From contig CAVYAN010000101.1 in assembly GCA_963766075.1 (NCBI GenBank), positions 11,131-75,130 on the forward strand: a stretch of 64,000 bases of DNA, read 5' to 3'. This DNA comes from an uncultured cyanobacterium. GTDB lineage: Bacteria > Cyanobacteriota > Cyanobacteriia > Leptolyngbyales > Leptolyngbyaceae. The translations under genes and the position numbers were made by a program. Positions 41,648 to 50,669 of the stretch are shown here, piece by piece (the stretch's first letter is position 1; the number at the start of each line of letters is the position of its first letter). Under the pieces are notes generated by a model. It had not been told where the DNA came from, made no database searches, and saw only the letters and a program-made list of their open reading frames with translations.

Positions 41648-44239
41648 TCAGCCCACCGTCGCCAGCAGTTTAGCCTCATCATCCGGGGACAGTACCCGAC
41701 CTTCATCGGCAAATCCGGCAATCTGGTCAAAGTTGAGATAGCGATACAGATCTGCCGCAAAGGGATCAATTTTCTTCGCCATGATGGTTTGGTATTCTTC
41801 CACCGTGGGAATTTTGCCCAGTAGCGCACAAACGGCGGCCAACTCCGCTGAACCCAGATACACCTGTGCCCCCTTGCCCATGCGGTTGTTAAAGTTACGG
41901 GTGGATGTAGAAAACACCGTGACCCCATCTTCGACTCGGGCTTGGTTGCCCATACACAGGGAACATCCCGGCATTTCGGTGCGAGCGCCCGCAGCCGCAA
42001 AGGTGCCATACACCCCTTCTTCCCGAAGATGTTGCTCGTCCATGCGTGTGGGGGGAGCAATCCACAGCTTAGCCTTGGCAATTCCTGCCCCTTCTAGCAC
42101 CTTGGCGGCGGCGCGGTAGTGGCCAATATTGGTCATGCAGGACCCAATAAACACCTCGTGGATGGGATCCCCTGCACATTCCGACATGAGCTTAATGTTG
42201 TCGGGATCGTTGGGGGCGGCCACTAATGGCTCAGTAATTTGGTCCAGATCCACCTCAATGATGTCAGCATATTCGGCATCGACATCCGCCGTCATCAGGT
42301 GGGGATTGGCCAGCCATTCCTCCATCTTGCGGACACGGCGCAGGATGGTTCGGGCATCGCCATAGCCTCGAGCCACCATGTTCTTTAGCAAAGCAACATT
42401 GGATCGCAGATATTCCGCCACAGTTTCTGTACCGAGCTGAATGGTGCAACCCGCTGCCGATCGCTCCGCCGAAGCATCTGTCAATTCAAACGCTTGCTCC
42501 AGTTTCAAGTCCGGCAACCCTTCCATTTCCAACACCCGACCGGAGTAAACGTTCTTTTTATTCTGCTTTTCAACGGTCAATTTGCCCTGCTGCATGGCCA
42601 CATAGGGAATTGCGTTAACAATATCGCGCAGCGTAATACCGGGCTGCAAGCTGCCCTTGAACCGCACTAACACTGACTCTGGCATGTCAAGGGGCATCGC
42701 GCCTAGGGCCGCCGCAAAAGCCACCAATCCCGATCCCGCCGGAAAGGAAATGCCCAAGGGAAAACGGGTATGGGAATCGCCCCCGGTGCCAACGGTATCG
42801 GGCAACAGCATCCGATTCAGCCAGGAGTGGATAATGCCATCCCCGGGATGCAGGGAAACCCCGCCACGGGAATTGATAAAGTCCGGCAGGGTTTTGTGGG
42901 TTTTGATGTCCACGGGTTTGGGATAGGCCGCCGTATGGCAGAAACTCTGCATGACCAAGTCAGCGCTAAAGCCCAGACAAGCCAGTTCCTTCAGCTCATC
43001 GCGGGTCATGGGGCCAGTGGTGTCTTGGGAACCCACGGTGGTCATGATCGGTTCGCAGGAGGTGCCCGGTCGGACCCCAACTAGACCACAGGCTTTGCCC
43101 ACCATTTTTTGGGCCAGGGTGAAGCCTTTGCCGGTATCAGCGGGCAGGCTAGGCCGAATAAACAAGTCACTCGCGGACAAGCCCAAGGCGGCGCGAATCT
43201 TGTCTGTCAGAGTGCGGCCAATCAGTAGGGGAATTCGCCCGCCGGCTCGGACTTCATCCAGAATGGTGTCGGGTTTGAGGCTAAAGGTGGAAATAACAGC
43301 CCCAGCGGCATTGGTGATTTCACCCCTATAGGGATAAATCGTAATCACATCACCGGTTTCCATTGCGGTGACATCGCACTCGATCGGCAGCGCGCCAGAG
43401 TCTTCCGCTGTGTTAAAGAAGATGGGGGCGATTTTGCTACCGAGGATGTAACCGCCCGATCGCTTATTCGGCACAAACGGAATATCCTGGCCAATGTGCC
43501 ACAGCACCGAGTTAATCGCCGATTTGCGCGACGATCCTGTGCCCACAACATCGCCCACATAGGCAACGGGATGCCCTTTTTGCTTAATCTCTGCCAAGGT
43601 TTCCAGGGAGCCGGGCTGACGTGTTTCTAGCATTACCAGGGCGTGCAGGGGAATATCGGGGCGCGTCGTGGCATGGGGAGCGGGGGAAAGATCGTCAGTG
43701 TTGGTTTCTCCCGGCACTTTAAACACGGTGACAGCAATCGATTCAGACAGTGCGGGGCGACTGGTAAACCATTCGGCATCGGCCCAGGATTGCAGCACCT
43801 GTTGAGCGTTGGCATTGCCAGCGGCGGCCAGCTCCTGCACATCGTGGAAGGCATCGTAGACCAGCAGAATTTTGCTGAGGGCGGTGGTAGCCGTAGCGGC
43901 GATTTCAGCATCAGGAGCGTGCAACAGATCGATCAGCGATCGCACGTTGTATCCCCCCATCATGGTGCCTAGGAGTTCCGTTGCAGCTTTGGGAGAAATT
44001 AACGGGCTGATTGATTCTCCGTGGGCGATCGCACTCAGGAAACCTGCTTTGACATAGGCGGCTTGGTCCACACCGGGGGGAACGCGATCGCGCAGTAAGG
44101 ACAGCAAAAACTCAGCTTCACCCGCTGGCGGATTTTTGAGCAGTTCACATAAATCCGAAGTTTGCTGGGCATCCAAAGGGAGGGGGGGAATTCCGAGAGC
44201 GGCGCGATCGGCGACGTGTTGGCGATAGGTTTCAAGCAT
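41648..44239 (-). CDS. acnB: Aconitate hydratase B
   Basis: [61 protein letters not shown]. Confidence 0.98.
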   Translation of the reverse strand: MLETYRQHVADRAALGIPPLPLDAQQTSDLCELLKNPPAGEAEFLLSLLRDRVPPGVDQAAYVKAGFLSAIAHGESISPLISPKAATELLGTMMGGYNVRSLIDLLHAPDAEIAATATTALSKILLVYDAFHDVQELAAAGNANAQQVLQSWADAEWFTSRPALSESIAVTVFKVPGETNTDDLSPAPHATTRPDIPLHALVMLETRQPGSLETLAEIKQKGHPVAYVGDVVGTGSSRKSAINSVLWHIGQDIPFVPNKRSGGYILGSKIAPIFFNTAEDSGALPIECDVTAMETGDVITIYPYRGEITNAAGAVISTFSLKPDTILDEVRAGGRIPLLIGRTLTDKIRAALGLSASDLFIRPSLPADTGKGFTLAQKMVGKACGLVGVRPGTSCEPIMTTVGSQDTTGPMTRDELKELACLGFSADLVMQSFCHTAAYPKPVDIKTHKTLPDFINSRGGVSLHPGDGIIHSWLNRMLLPDTVGTGGDSHTRFPLGISFPAGSGLVAFAAALGAMPLDMPESVLVRFKGSLQPGITLRDIVNAIPYVAMQQGKLTVEKQNKKNVYSGRVLEMEGLPDLKLEQAFELTDASAERSAAGCTIQLGTETVAEYLRSNVALLKNMVARGYGDARTILRRVRKMEEWLANPHLMTADVDAEYADIIEVDLDQITEPLVAAPNDPDNIKLMSECAGDPIHEVFIGSCMTNIGHYRAAAKVLEGAGIAKAKLWIAPPTRMDEQHLREEGVYGTFAAAGARTEMPGCSLCMGNQARVEDGVTVFSTSTRNFNNRMGKGAQVYLGSAELAAVCALLGKIPTVEEYQTIMAKKIDPFAADLYRYLNFDQIAGFADEGRVLSPDDEAKLLATVG

Positions 44240-44528
44240 GGTGTCAGAGGTTCTTTGACGAAGCGAACAGGGAAATCTGCCTTAAAGCAATTTTTTGGAC
44301 TGGGTCTTGCTCAGAGTAGGGGGGGAATCCCACTTGGCGCGGTTGGTGATGATACAAAATCGCCAAAGCATTTTCGAGTGTACAGGCATTTGAGGTCAAA
44401 CCCCCTATTCCCAGTATGTGATCTATTCCCAGTATGCAAGGGAGACGGACCCAGGGTGGATACCCTATATAGCCAGGGGTAAATAGCTAGAGGGGAGATA
44501 TCCATATATCTATATCCTAGCTATAGCC

Positions 44529-44568
44529 AAAAAGCATGAGGAGGGCGATCGCCCTCCTCATGCTTTTT
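44529..44568. terminator. Perfect 40-bp palindrome centred on HIP1; probable terminator of the PEP-CTERM gene
   Basis: AAAAAGCATGAGGAGGGCGA|TCGCCCTCCTCATGCTTTTT. Confidence 0.75.
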
Positions 44569-44665
44569 CTAGAAAACCATACTTTTTCCGAGAAACTCGA
44601 TGACGCGTAGCAAAGGAATAGGAGTTACGTTCCAACAACACCCAGGCTACGATTTATTGTCGGCA

Positions 44666-45358
44666 CTAGACGGCTTGCTTTGCCTGACGCCGCCGTGCAT
44701 ATCCTAGGCCCATTCCGGCTAAGGCAATACCACCCATTGTCATGGGTTCCGGTACGGCTTCAGCCGCGCGGTAGGTGTGGTTATCGCTTTCAAAGGCAAC
44801 ACCTTGAGCAACCAAGTCAATGCGGTCAAAGGTTTGGCCTGGGCCAGAAAAGAAATTGACAAACAGGTTGTCGCTTGCTCCGGTCCAGCTCCCCTTAGCT
44901 GTGGTGGAAATGTCGCCCCCGCCAAAGGACTTGACCAGTTGACCGGCATTGTAGAAGTTAATTTTGTTGTGTGTGTCTACCGATCCCCAGTACAACCCAA
45001 AATAGTCAATGGCTTTCGCAAAGTTCATCGTTACGGATCCCGTAGCGCCAACCTTGCCACTGCCTTGATTAGAGATCGTCATGAACTTACTTGTGTCACC
45101 TAGGGGCGTAGCATGCTGGCCACTAATGCTGCCTTGAACAATATTGCCGTTGATGCCGGAATAGGTGACGAACCCACTGGTGGGTGCAGTCCCATTGTTG
45201 AAATCAACCGTTACGGCACCCGCCTGATTGGATTTGTAGCCTTCGCCTGCTACAGCGGTCCCGCCAACAGAAAAGCTAAAGGCAAAGGCAGAACTCGTGG
45301 TTGCCAGCATCGTAGCAGCAGTACCCAAAACGATGGCAGAAATCTTTAGCGTGTTCAT
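44666..45358 (-). CDS. PEP-CTERM sorting-domain protein
   Basis: Signal peptide ending AFA, YFGLYWGSVD, AFESDN, C-terminal VPEP + TM + RRR. Confidence 0.92.
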   Translation of the reverse strand: MNTLKISAIVLGTAATMLATTSSAFAFSFSVGGTAVAGEGYKSNQAGAVTVDFNNGTAPTSGFVTYSGINGNIVQGSISGQHATPLGDTSKFMTISNQGSGKVGATGSVTMNFAKAIDYFGLYWGSVDTHNKINFYNAGQLVKSFGGGDISTTAKGSWTGASDNLFVNFFSGPGQTFDRIDLVAQGVAFESDNHTYRAAEAVPEPMTMGGIALAGMGLGYARRRQAKQAV

Positions 45359-45754
45359 AGGATGTAGTTTTGTGATGGTAGATGATGCGAAAAAATTTCG
45401 CGGTAGGACCTAAATAGCGAACTCAGAGACATGGATACAGGGCAGCCAATTGCGGCTCAGGACGTTACTGTTCTGTGTCTTCATGTATAAAAAGTAGCTA
45501 ATCCCCATGGGGAATGCCTAGGGGATCGGCTGAGATTTCATCGGGAAAATGATTGACTCAGTTTTATATAAAGCTAAGACTAAAAGTGTCGAAAAGTCGC
45601 TTGATGAAAAGTCGCGAAATGCCTATGGAGTAAGTTGTCTGGCGGTTTGGCGGTGACAGATTTCTGACTACTGACAGCATTGCGTAAATCCACTAACGCC
45701 ATAACGCAAAAATCTCCGTAATATCCCCTTAATCCCCAAAAGCTTGAGCCTAAT

Positions 45755-45796
45755 AAAAACCCCTCAACGTGCCAAGGCTATGGCAGTGTTGAGGGG
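45755..45796 (-). terminator. Probable intrinsic terminator
   Basis: CCCCTCAAC-TGCCA / TGGCA-GTTGAGGGG stem with A5 at 45755-45759. Confidence 0.6.
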
Positions 45797-45852
45797 AACA
45801 ACGTTACTTCAAGCAAAAATTAAGTCGGACATTGGAGGTTGTGCTCTTCGTT

Positions 45853-45901
45853 TCCACCAACTTGTGCCCTGAGCTGAGCTCGAAGGGCACAAGTTGGTGG
45901 A
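45853..45901. repeat. REP-like hairpin with perfect 18-bp arms
   Basis: TCCACCAACTTGTGCCCT-GAGCTGAGCTCGA-AGGGCACAAGTTGGTGGA; the core resembles the element at 22929. Confidence 0.8.
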
Positions 45902-45975
45902 GTCAAAACTTGTGTCTGGTAGGGTCGCTAGGGAAGTTTGTTTGGGAGAAATCTCCTTAAAATCCTCAGAAAACG

Positions 45976-46314
45976 TTAGGAATAGTTGGGCGTAGTTTCT
46001 AGCACATCCTCTTCCATATTGCCCACAACCACCGCACAAAAGGCAAAAGATAGGACCAAAGGCAAGGGCGAAGACAGGACATAGCTACAGATGCCAGCCG
46101 CAATCGCACTGGATATTGCCGCTAAGCACCAGAACTGTTCCTCACGACACAGCCCTCTTTCTGCCTTGATTGACTGCAAGACTTCGGTAGGAATGGGCAC
46201 GGGCATGACCGCATTGGGGGGAAATGCCCAGTAAAGGGAGCATTCCTGGAATAAATCCGTCCAGCCATTTTCCTGGCACCAGTCTTCAATCCATTGCAGG
46301 GCGTAGTGATTCAT
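45976..46314 (-). CDS. Conserved cyanobacterial membrane protein (Slr1957-like)
   Basis: MNHYALQWIEDWCQENGWTDLF...WAFPPNAVMPVPIP, two C-terminal TMs. Confidence 0.8.
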   Translation of the reverse strand: MNHYALQWIEDWCQENGWTDLFQECSLYWAFPPNAVMPVPIPTEVLQSIKAERGLCREEQFWCLAAISSAIAAGICSYVLSSPLPLVLSFAFCAVVVGNMEEDVLETTPNYS

Positions 46315-46650
46315 CGGGAAATCGTGAGTGGATAAACGGCGTACAAATAAATCGCACAATAACAAACTGAACAATTATAGAAACAGCGGTTGGATTGCCT
46401 TTACAACACGTAAAAGTTATCTTGCAAGACCACTAACGCAAACGACCCATCGATTGCGCTTTTGCAATTCAATGAGCCGTACTTCGATGTATTTACCGTA
46501 TCAACTATTTCCCTGAAGCGGCCCTAAAGATATTAAAGTTAACGCCCCTAGCGATTTTTGAAATGTTCCGTAACGCAAAGGTCACTGAGAATTTTTACCT
46601 ATAAAAGCTCAGGGATCGTTTCTGTAAAGGGAGCACATCACGGGGACTGT

Positions 46651-46690
46651 CTCCTAGAGTTTGTATTAGACTCCTAGAGTTTGTATTAGA
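46651..46690. repeat. Exact 20-bp tandem duplication (CTCCTAGAGTTTGTATTAGA x2)
   Basis: Directly visible in the sequence. Confidence 0.95.
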
Positions 46691-46712
46691 AACGTTATAA
46701 AACGCTGGATAT

Positions 46713-47492
46713 TTAAGCCGATTGTTTGATGGGCAAAACTTCTACCCGTTCTCCAGTGGCAGGATTAAGAAATTCTGTAGCTATGCCCGAGGCAATGAGG
46801 CGATCGCGGAACTCTTCTACACTGCCCATGGTTTTAATCAATAGGGGCAACAGGCCGCTGGTGCGAATATCTCCTAGGGTGGTAGGCAAAAAGTAGCTGG
46901 GCTGTAGGGCATTCACTAATTCCACGGCCTGTTGCGGCCCCATAATCACTTGCCCCAGCAGCGGGAAAATTTGCCCAATCACGGGGGCAATCACCACATC
47001 CACAGGCCCCATGTTCTGCAGTGCTGCCGTGGGCGATAGGTGCGGCTCATAATAGAGAGAAGTGCCCGTGGTGCGATCGCGCAGCCAAATCCCATTTTCT
47101 ACTTGCCCGGGCTGAATTTCGGCACCGGGAACAGCAGTAATCTGCAAATCATCTAGGAGAGTTTCCTGCCAGGGGGCAAGGGCCGTGACATTGCGGTAGC
47201 CCAGGGATCGAACCACTTTAGCGGCGCTGGGAGAAGCAATTACAGGCAGGGTGCGATCCAGCTTTTCTAGGGTGGGAGGATGGCAGTGATCTTCTAGGCC
47301 CTGGGATAATACAATCAAATCAATGGGAGGCAGGGTTTCTGGGGTGAAGGCCAGGGGCGTGTTGTGGTGTGCCGTAAATAGCCAGGGTTGTCCATAAAAC
47401 ACCAGGGGATCCACTAACCAGGGATCGACCAGGATCGTTTTACCTGCGAGTTCAAATATCCAACTGTTGAGGTCAATCCGGGTAAGGTGCAT
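46713..47492 (-). CDS. MBL-fold metallo-hydrolase
   Basis: NSWI, ILVDPWL, LSQGLEDHCH, ENG, YYEPH. Confidence 0.88.
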   Translation of the reverse strand: MHLTRIDLNSWIFELAGKTILVDPWLVDPLVFYGQPWLFTAHHNTPLAFTPETLPPIDLIVLSQGLEDHCHPPTLEKLDRTLPVIASPSAAKVVRSLGYRNVTALAPWQETLLDDLQITAVPGAEIQPGQVENGIWLRDRTTGTSLYYEPHLSPTAALQNMGPVDVVIAPVIGQIFPLLGQVIMGPQQAVELVNALQPSYFLPTTLGDIRTSGLLPLLIKTMGSVEEFRDRLIASGIATEFLNPATGERVEVLPIKQSA

Positions 47493-47585
47493 GGCTTAAT
47501 ATTTCTTAAGAACCTATGGCTGATCATACAATCTCCCTGGGAACACAAATCAGAATTAGAACCCGTTCGTGAGCAAAATAGCCGC

Positions 47586-48416
47586 ATGTCTGTCCCGTCT
47601 CCTTTGTCCGTAGTCCCTTTTCAGCCGCCCGTTGCCTTGACCATTGCTGGCTCGGATAGTGGTGGTGGTGCTGGAATCCAAGCTGATCTGCGTACGTTTG
47701 CCTTTCACAAGGTGCATGGCACCAGCGCTCTGACCTGTATCACAGCCCAGAATACCCAGGGGGTGACTCGGGTGGATGCTTTGCTGCCGGAAGCGGTGGT
47801 GGCGCAAATCGTGGCCGTGGTCTCGGATATAGGGGTGCAGGCGGCCAAGACGGGCATGTTACTGAATCAGGAAATTATCGAGGCGGTGTCAGAGCAGATA
47901 GCGGCGTTGTCTGTTCCCCAGGTGGTGGTGGATCCGGTGATGGTCTCTCGGACGGGGGCGCAATTGATTGCGGATGCCGCGATCGCCACCCTGCGGAGCC
48001 AGTTGATTCCCCAAGCGACCATCCTGACGCCCAACCGCTATGAAGCGCAAATCTTAGCGGGGATGGAGATTACAACCCTAGATGACATGAAAACCGCTGC
48101 CCAGCGCATTTACCAACTGGGGCCTCACGCCGTGTTGGTCAAAGGCGGTGGCATGGGCGGGGCCTTGCGGGCGGTGGACGTTTGGTTTGATGGGCAAGTA
48201 CAGATCTTGAAAACCCAGGTTGTGGAGACACGGCATACCCATGGCACGGGCTGCACGTTGTCGGCGGCGATCGCGGCCAATCTCGCCCTGGGCTACGATC
48301 CCTTCACGGCCACTCGCCTTGCGAAAGACTATGTGACGAGTGCCTTAGGGTATGCCCTAGAGATTGGATCTGGCCCAGGACCTGTGGGGCATTTTTTCCC
48401 ATTGCTAGAGAAATAA
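47586..48416 (+). CDS. thiD: Hydroxymethylpyrimidine/phosphomethylpyrimidine kinase
   Basis: TIAGSDSGGGAGIQADL, TAQNT, KTGML, VDPVMV, TPN, HTHGTGCTLS. Confidence 0.96.
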   Translation: MSVPSPLSVVPFQPPVALTIAGSDSGGGAGIQADLRTFAFHKVHGTSALTCITAQNTQGVTRVDALLPEAVVAQIVAVVSDIGVQAAKTGMLLNQEIIEAVSEQIAALSVPQVVVDPVMVSRTGAQLIADAAIATLRSQLIPQATILTPNRYEAQILAGMEITTLDDMKTAAQRIYQLGPHAVLVKGGGMGGALRAVDVWFDGQVQILKTQVVETRHTHGTGCTLSAAIAANLALGYDPFTATRLAKDYVTSALGYALEIGSGPGPVGHFFPLLEK

Positions 48417-48605
48417 GCCGGAAGAATTTGGGTTCAGGGGAGTAGATGCGTGTAGACTACCCGCAAGCACTGTTCTGAATGTAGGGTGCGGGCGGCTCAG
48501 GCGTTAGGCTCTTCACCCCGCGTGCGTTCTCAAGTATTCTTATGAGGCAAACACGCCTGGTTTTGCCTAGGGCATCACATTCGCTTTGAACTCTGCGAGG
48601 TCATT

Positions 48606-49466
48606 GTGGGGATTCTAATTCGGCTGGCTATTGGACTCTTATTTTCTTTGTTTGGCTTAGTAAGCTATTGCGGCAACACGACCTATAATCCCGTCACCAA
48701 TGAAAATCAGCGGGTGCAGCTATCCCCAAAACAGGAAGTGGTCCTGGGCTTGCAGTCTCGCAGTCAAATGGCTGCCCAGCATGGGGGACTGTATCCCGAT
48801 CAGGCTCTGCAAAGTTATTTGGACCAGGTGGGGATGCGGATTGTCGAAAAATCCAGTGCCGCCAAAGCCGGCTATCCCTACGACTTTCATTTGCTGCGTG
48901 ATCCCCGCACGATTAATGCGTTTGCTCTGCCCGGTGGGCAAGTCTTTATCACGGTGGCATTGTTTAACCGGCTGTCCTCGGAGGCTCAACTTGCCGGGGT
49001 TTTGGGCCATGAGATTGGTCACGTTGTGGCACGACATGGGGCCCAGCATTTGGCGAAACAGCAACTGGGGCAATCGTTGGTTACGGCGGTGGGTATAGCG
49101 GCCAGTGATGGGAATGGCGGCGGTAGTAATGCCCAGGTGTTGGCCCAGGCCGCAAATCAATTGATCAGTCTGCGCTATGGACGGCAGGATGAATTACAAA
49201 GTGACCAACTGGGATTTCAGTTTATGACTGAAGCGGGATACGATCCACGGGGTATTGCTGAGGTGATGAAGATTTTGGCGGCGACGCGCCAAGGTGGACA
49301 GCCGCCGCAAATTTTGAGTAGCCATCCGGATCCGGGCAATCGATTTGAGCGCTTGCAGGCTTTGATTAAAGAAAAGTATCCCCAGGGCATTCCCAGCAAT
49401 TTGGAATCTGGCCGCGAGATTTATCAGCAGCAAGTTTTACCGAGACTGCGTGCTTCCGGAGCGTGA
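48606..49466 (+). CDS. M48 family Zn metallopeptidase
   Basis: INAFALPGG, LGHEIGHV, ELQSD, SSHPDPGNR. Confidence 0.92.
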   Translation: MGILIRLAIGLLFSLFGLVSYCGNTTYNPVTNENQRVQLSPKQEVVLGLQSRSQMAAQHGGLYPDQALQSYLDQVGMRIVEKSSAAKAGYPYDFHLLRDPRTINAFALPGGQVFITVALFNRLSSEAQLAGVLGHEIGHVVARHGAQHLAKQQLGQSLVTAVGIAASDGNGGGSNAQVLAQAANQLISLRYGRQDELQSDQLGFQFMTEAGYDPRGIAEVMKILAATRQGGQPPQILSSHPDPGNRFERLQALIKEKYPQGIPSNLESGREIYQQQVLPRLRASGA

Positions 49467-49670
49467 GTGGGCGATCAGGACGGTTGTTCAGCGGGAATGA
49501 CAGACCACTATTCAGGAAAATTACGGAGGTCAATCCGGTCAATTTGGAGCCTCCAGGCAATCCTACGGGGTATCTTGTGACCAGAATCACAGGTGCATTT
49601 AGGGGTAGATCACTTCAGGAATATGTGAATGGGCGGAAGATTATGCCATGGAGTTTACCGGATCCCTATC

Positions 49671-49859
49671 ATGAACAACGCCATTCGCCGACTGGTTGAG
49701 CAAGCTTTGTATTTCAAGCAGTTGACGCCCGCGATCGAAAATGAAATCAATTACGAACTGACTCGCACTGGGCATATCTCTGATGTTGATTTTGAAGCGT
49801 TAGAATTGCTGATGTCGGAAATGGATGAAGGCCGAATCCGTTTGGTTCCTAGCGTGTAA
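49671..49859 (+). CDS. Small cyanobacterial hypothetical protein
   Basis: 62 aa MNNAIRRLVEQAL...LTPAIE...EALELLM, resembling a recurrent small cyanobacterial family. Confidence 0.7.
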   Translation: MNNAIRRLVEQALYFKQLTPAIENEINYELTRTGHISDVDFEALELLMSEMDEGRIRLVPSV

Positions 49860-50389
49860 GGGTATTTCGGTACCGCCTGCGATCTGGGCATGGTTTGTTA
49901 CCGGAAGGGTTGCTGTGGGCATTTGGTGCATCTCGCTATCTCTCGCGAAATATTTTTCTCTGGCATTTATTTTCTCTAGTCTGATTTTTACTTCTCTAGA
50001 CTGTTTGTTGTTGTTCAGCGTTCCTATGGGGTCTGAGTCAGTCGCGTTCTCCTCTCTCGATGGGCGCTGACGCGATCGCCCGCCTTAGCAAAGCTATATT
50101 TTTGATCAAGTCATCTTAATTGCGTGCTCAGGCGATCTACACTTCAAGCCTGACATCAGAAGCTGCGCCTCTTGGGATTAGTCTTGGGATTCAGAGGCCA
50201 CCCCTGGGGAATGGTCGCGCGTTTTGCACCCTTCGCTACACAGCAAAACATGACCGCTACTCGCGCCTTGATTGTTCTCTCACCATTTTTCTGGCATGAG
50301 TCACCGGAAAACGGGGCTTCTTGGCACTTGAGGATCTCGCTTGGGGATCTTCATGGATGTTGCCGCTGGAAGCTATTTGCACAGTGATG

Positions 50390-50451
50390 TCTGCACCGTG
50401 AAACCATCTGCACCGTGAAAATATCTGCACCGTGAAAACATACGCTACACT
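50390..50451 (+). promoter_or_regulatory. Putative thrS promoter: TCTGCACCGTGAAA x3 (17-bp period), then -10 box TACACT
   Basis: Repeats at 50390, 50407, 50424; TACACT at 50446-50451. Confidence 0.55.
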
Positions 50452-50458
50452 GGATAAC

Positions 50459-50608
50459 GGTTTAGATTACTGTTCAGCAGTCAATGCGAAGGCATGTTTT
50501 ATAGGCAACTCCGAATTCCGTTGATGGCGCAACTTGCCGTGACAAACCCCGAGCGAACTATTTAGGGGCAGGGTTAATTTAAACCTAGATCGGACGTGAC
50601 CCCCGATC
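50459..50608 (+). ncRNA. Candidate structured cis-regulatory leader of thrS
   Basis: GGTTTAGATTA (50459) pairs with TAATTTAAACC (50575-50585); inner TCAATG/CGTTGA and CCCC/GGGG stems; then a GATCGG/CCGATC hairpin. Confidence 0.5.
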
Positions 50609-50669
50609 AAACGCCCCGGCTCTGTCCTGACCGTTGTTCACGAAGTTTCTTGCCAAGGGGAGTTTTCCA

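Noticed and set aside
41533..42081. 182-aa alternative-frame ORF overlapping the acnB 3' end
   Set aside because: Out-of-frame overlap with a highly conserved gene; the sequence is not protein-like.
50390..50437. Short repeat arrays here and at 15973, 22851, 46651 as possible CRISPR arrays
   Set aside because: Head-to-tail with no unique spacers of CRISPR length, only 2-3 copies, and no cas genes in the window.
50459..50669. T-box riboswitch or tRNA upstream of thrS
   Set aside because: No T-box consensus, no terminator U-tract before the CDS, and no cloverleaf with a TTCRA arm.
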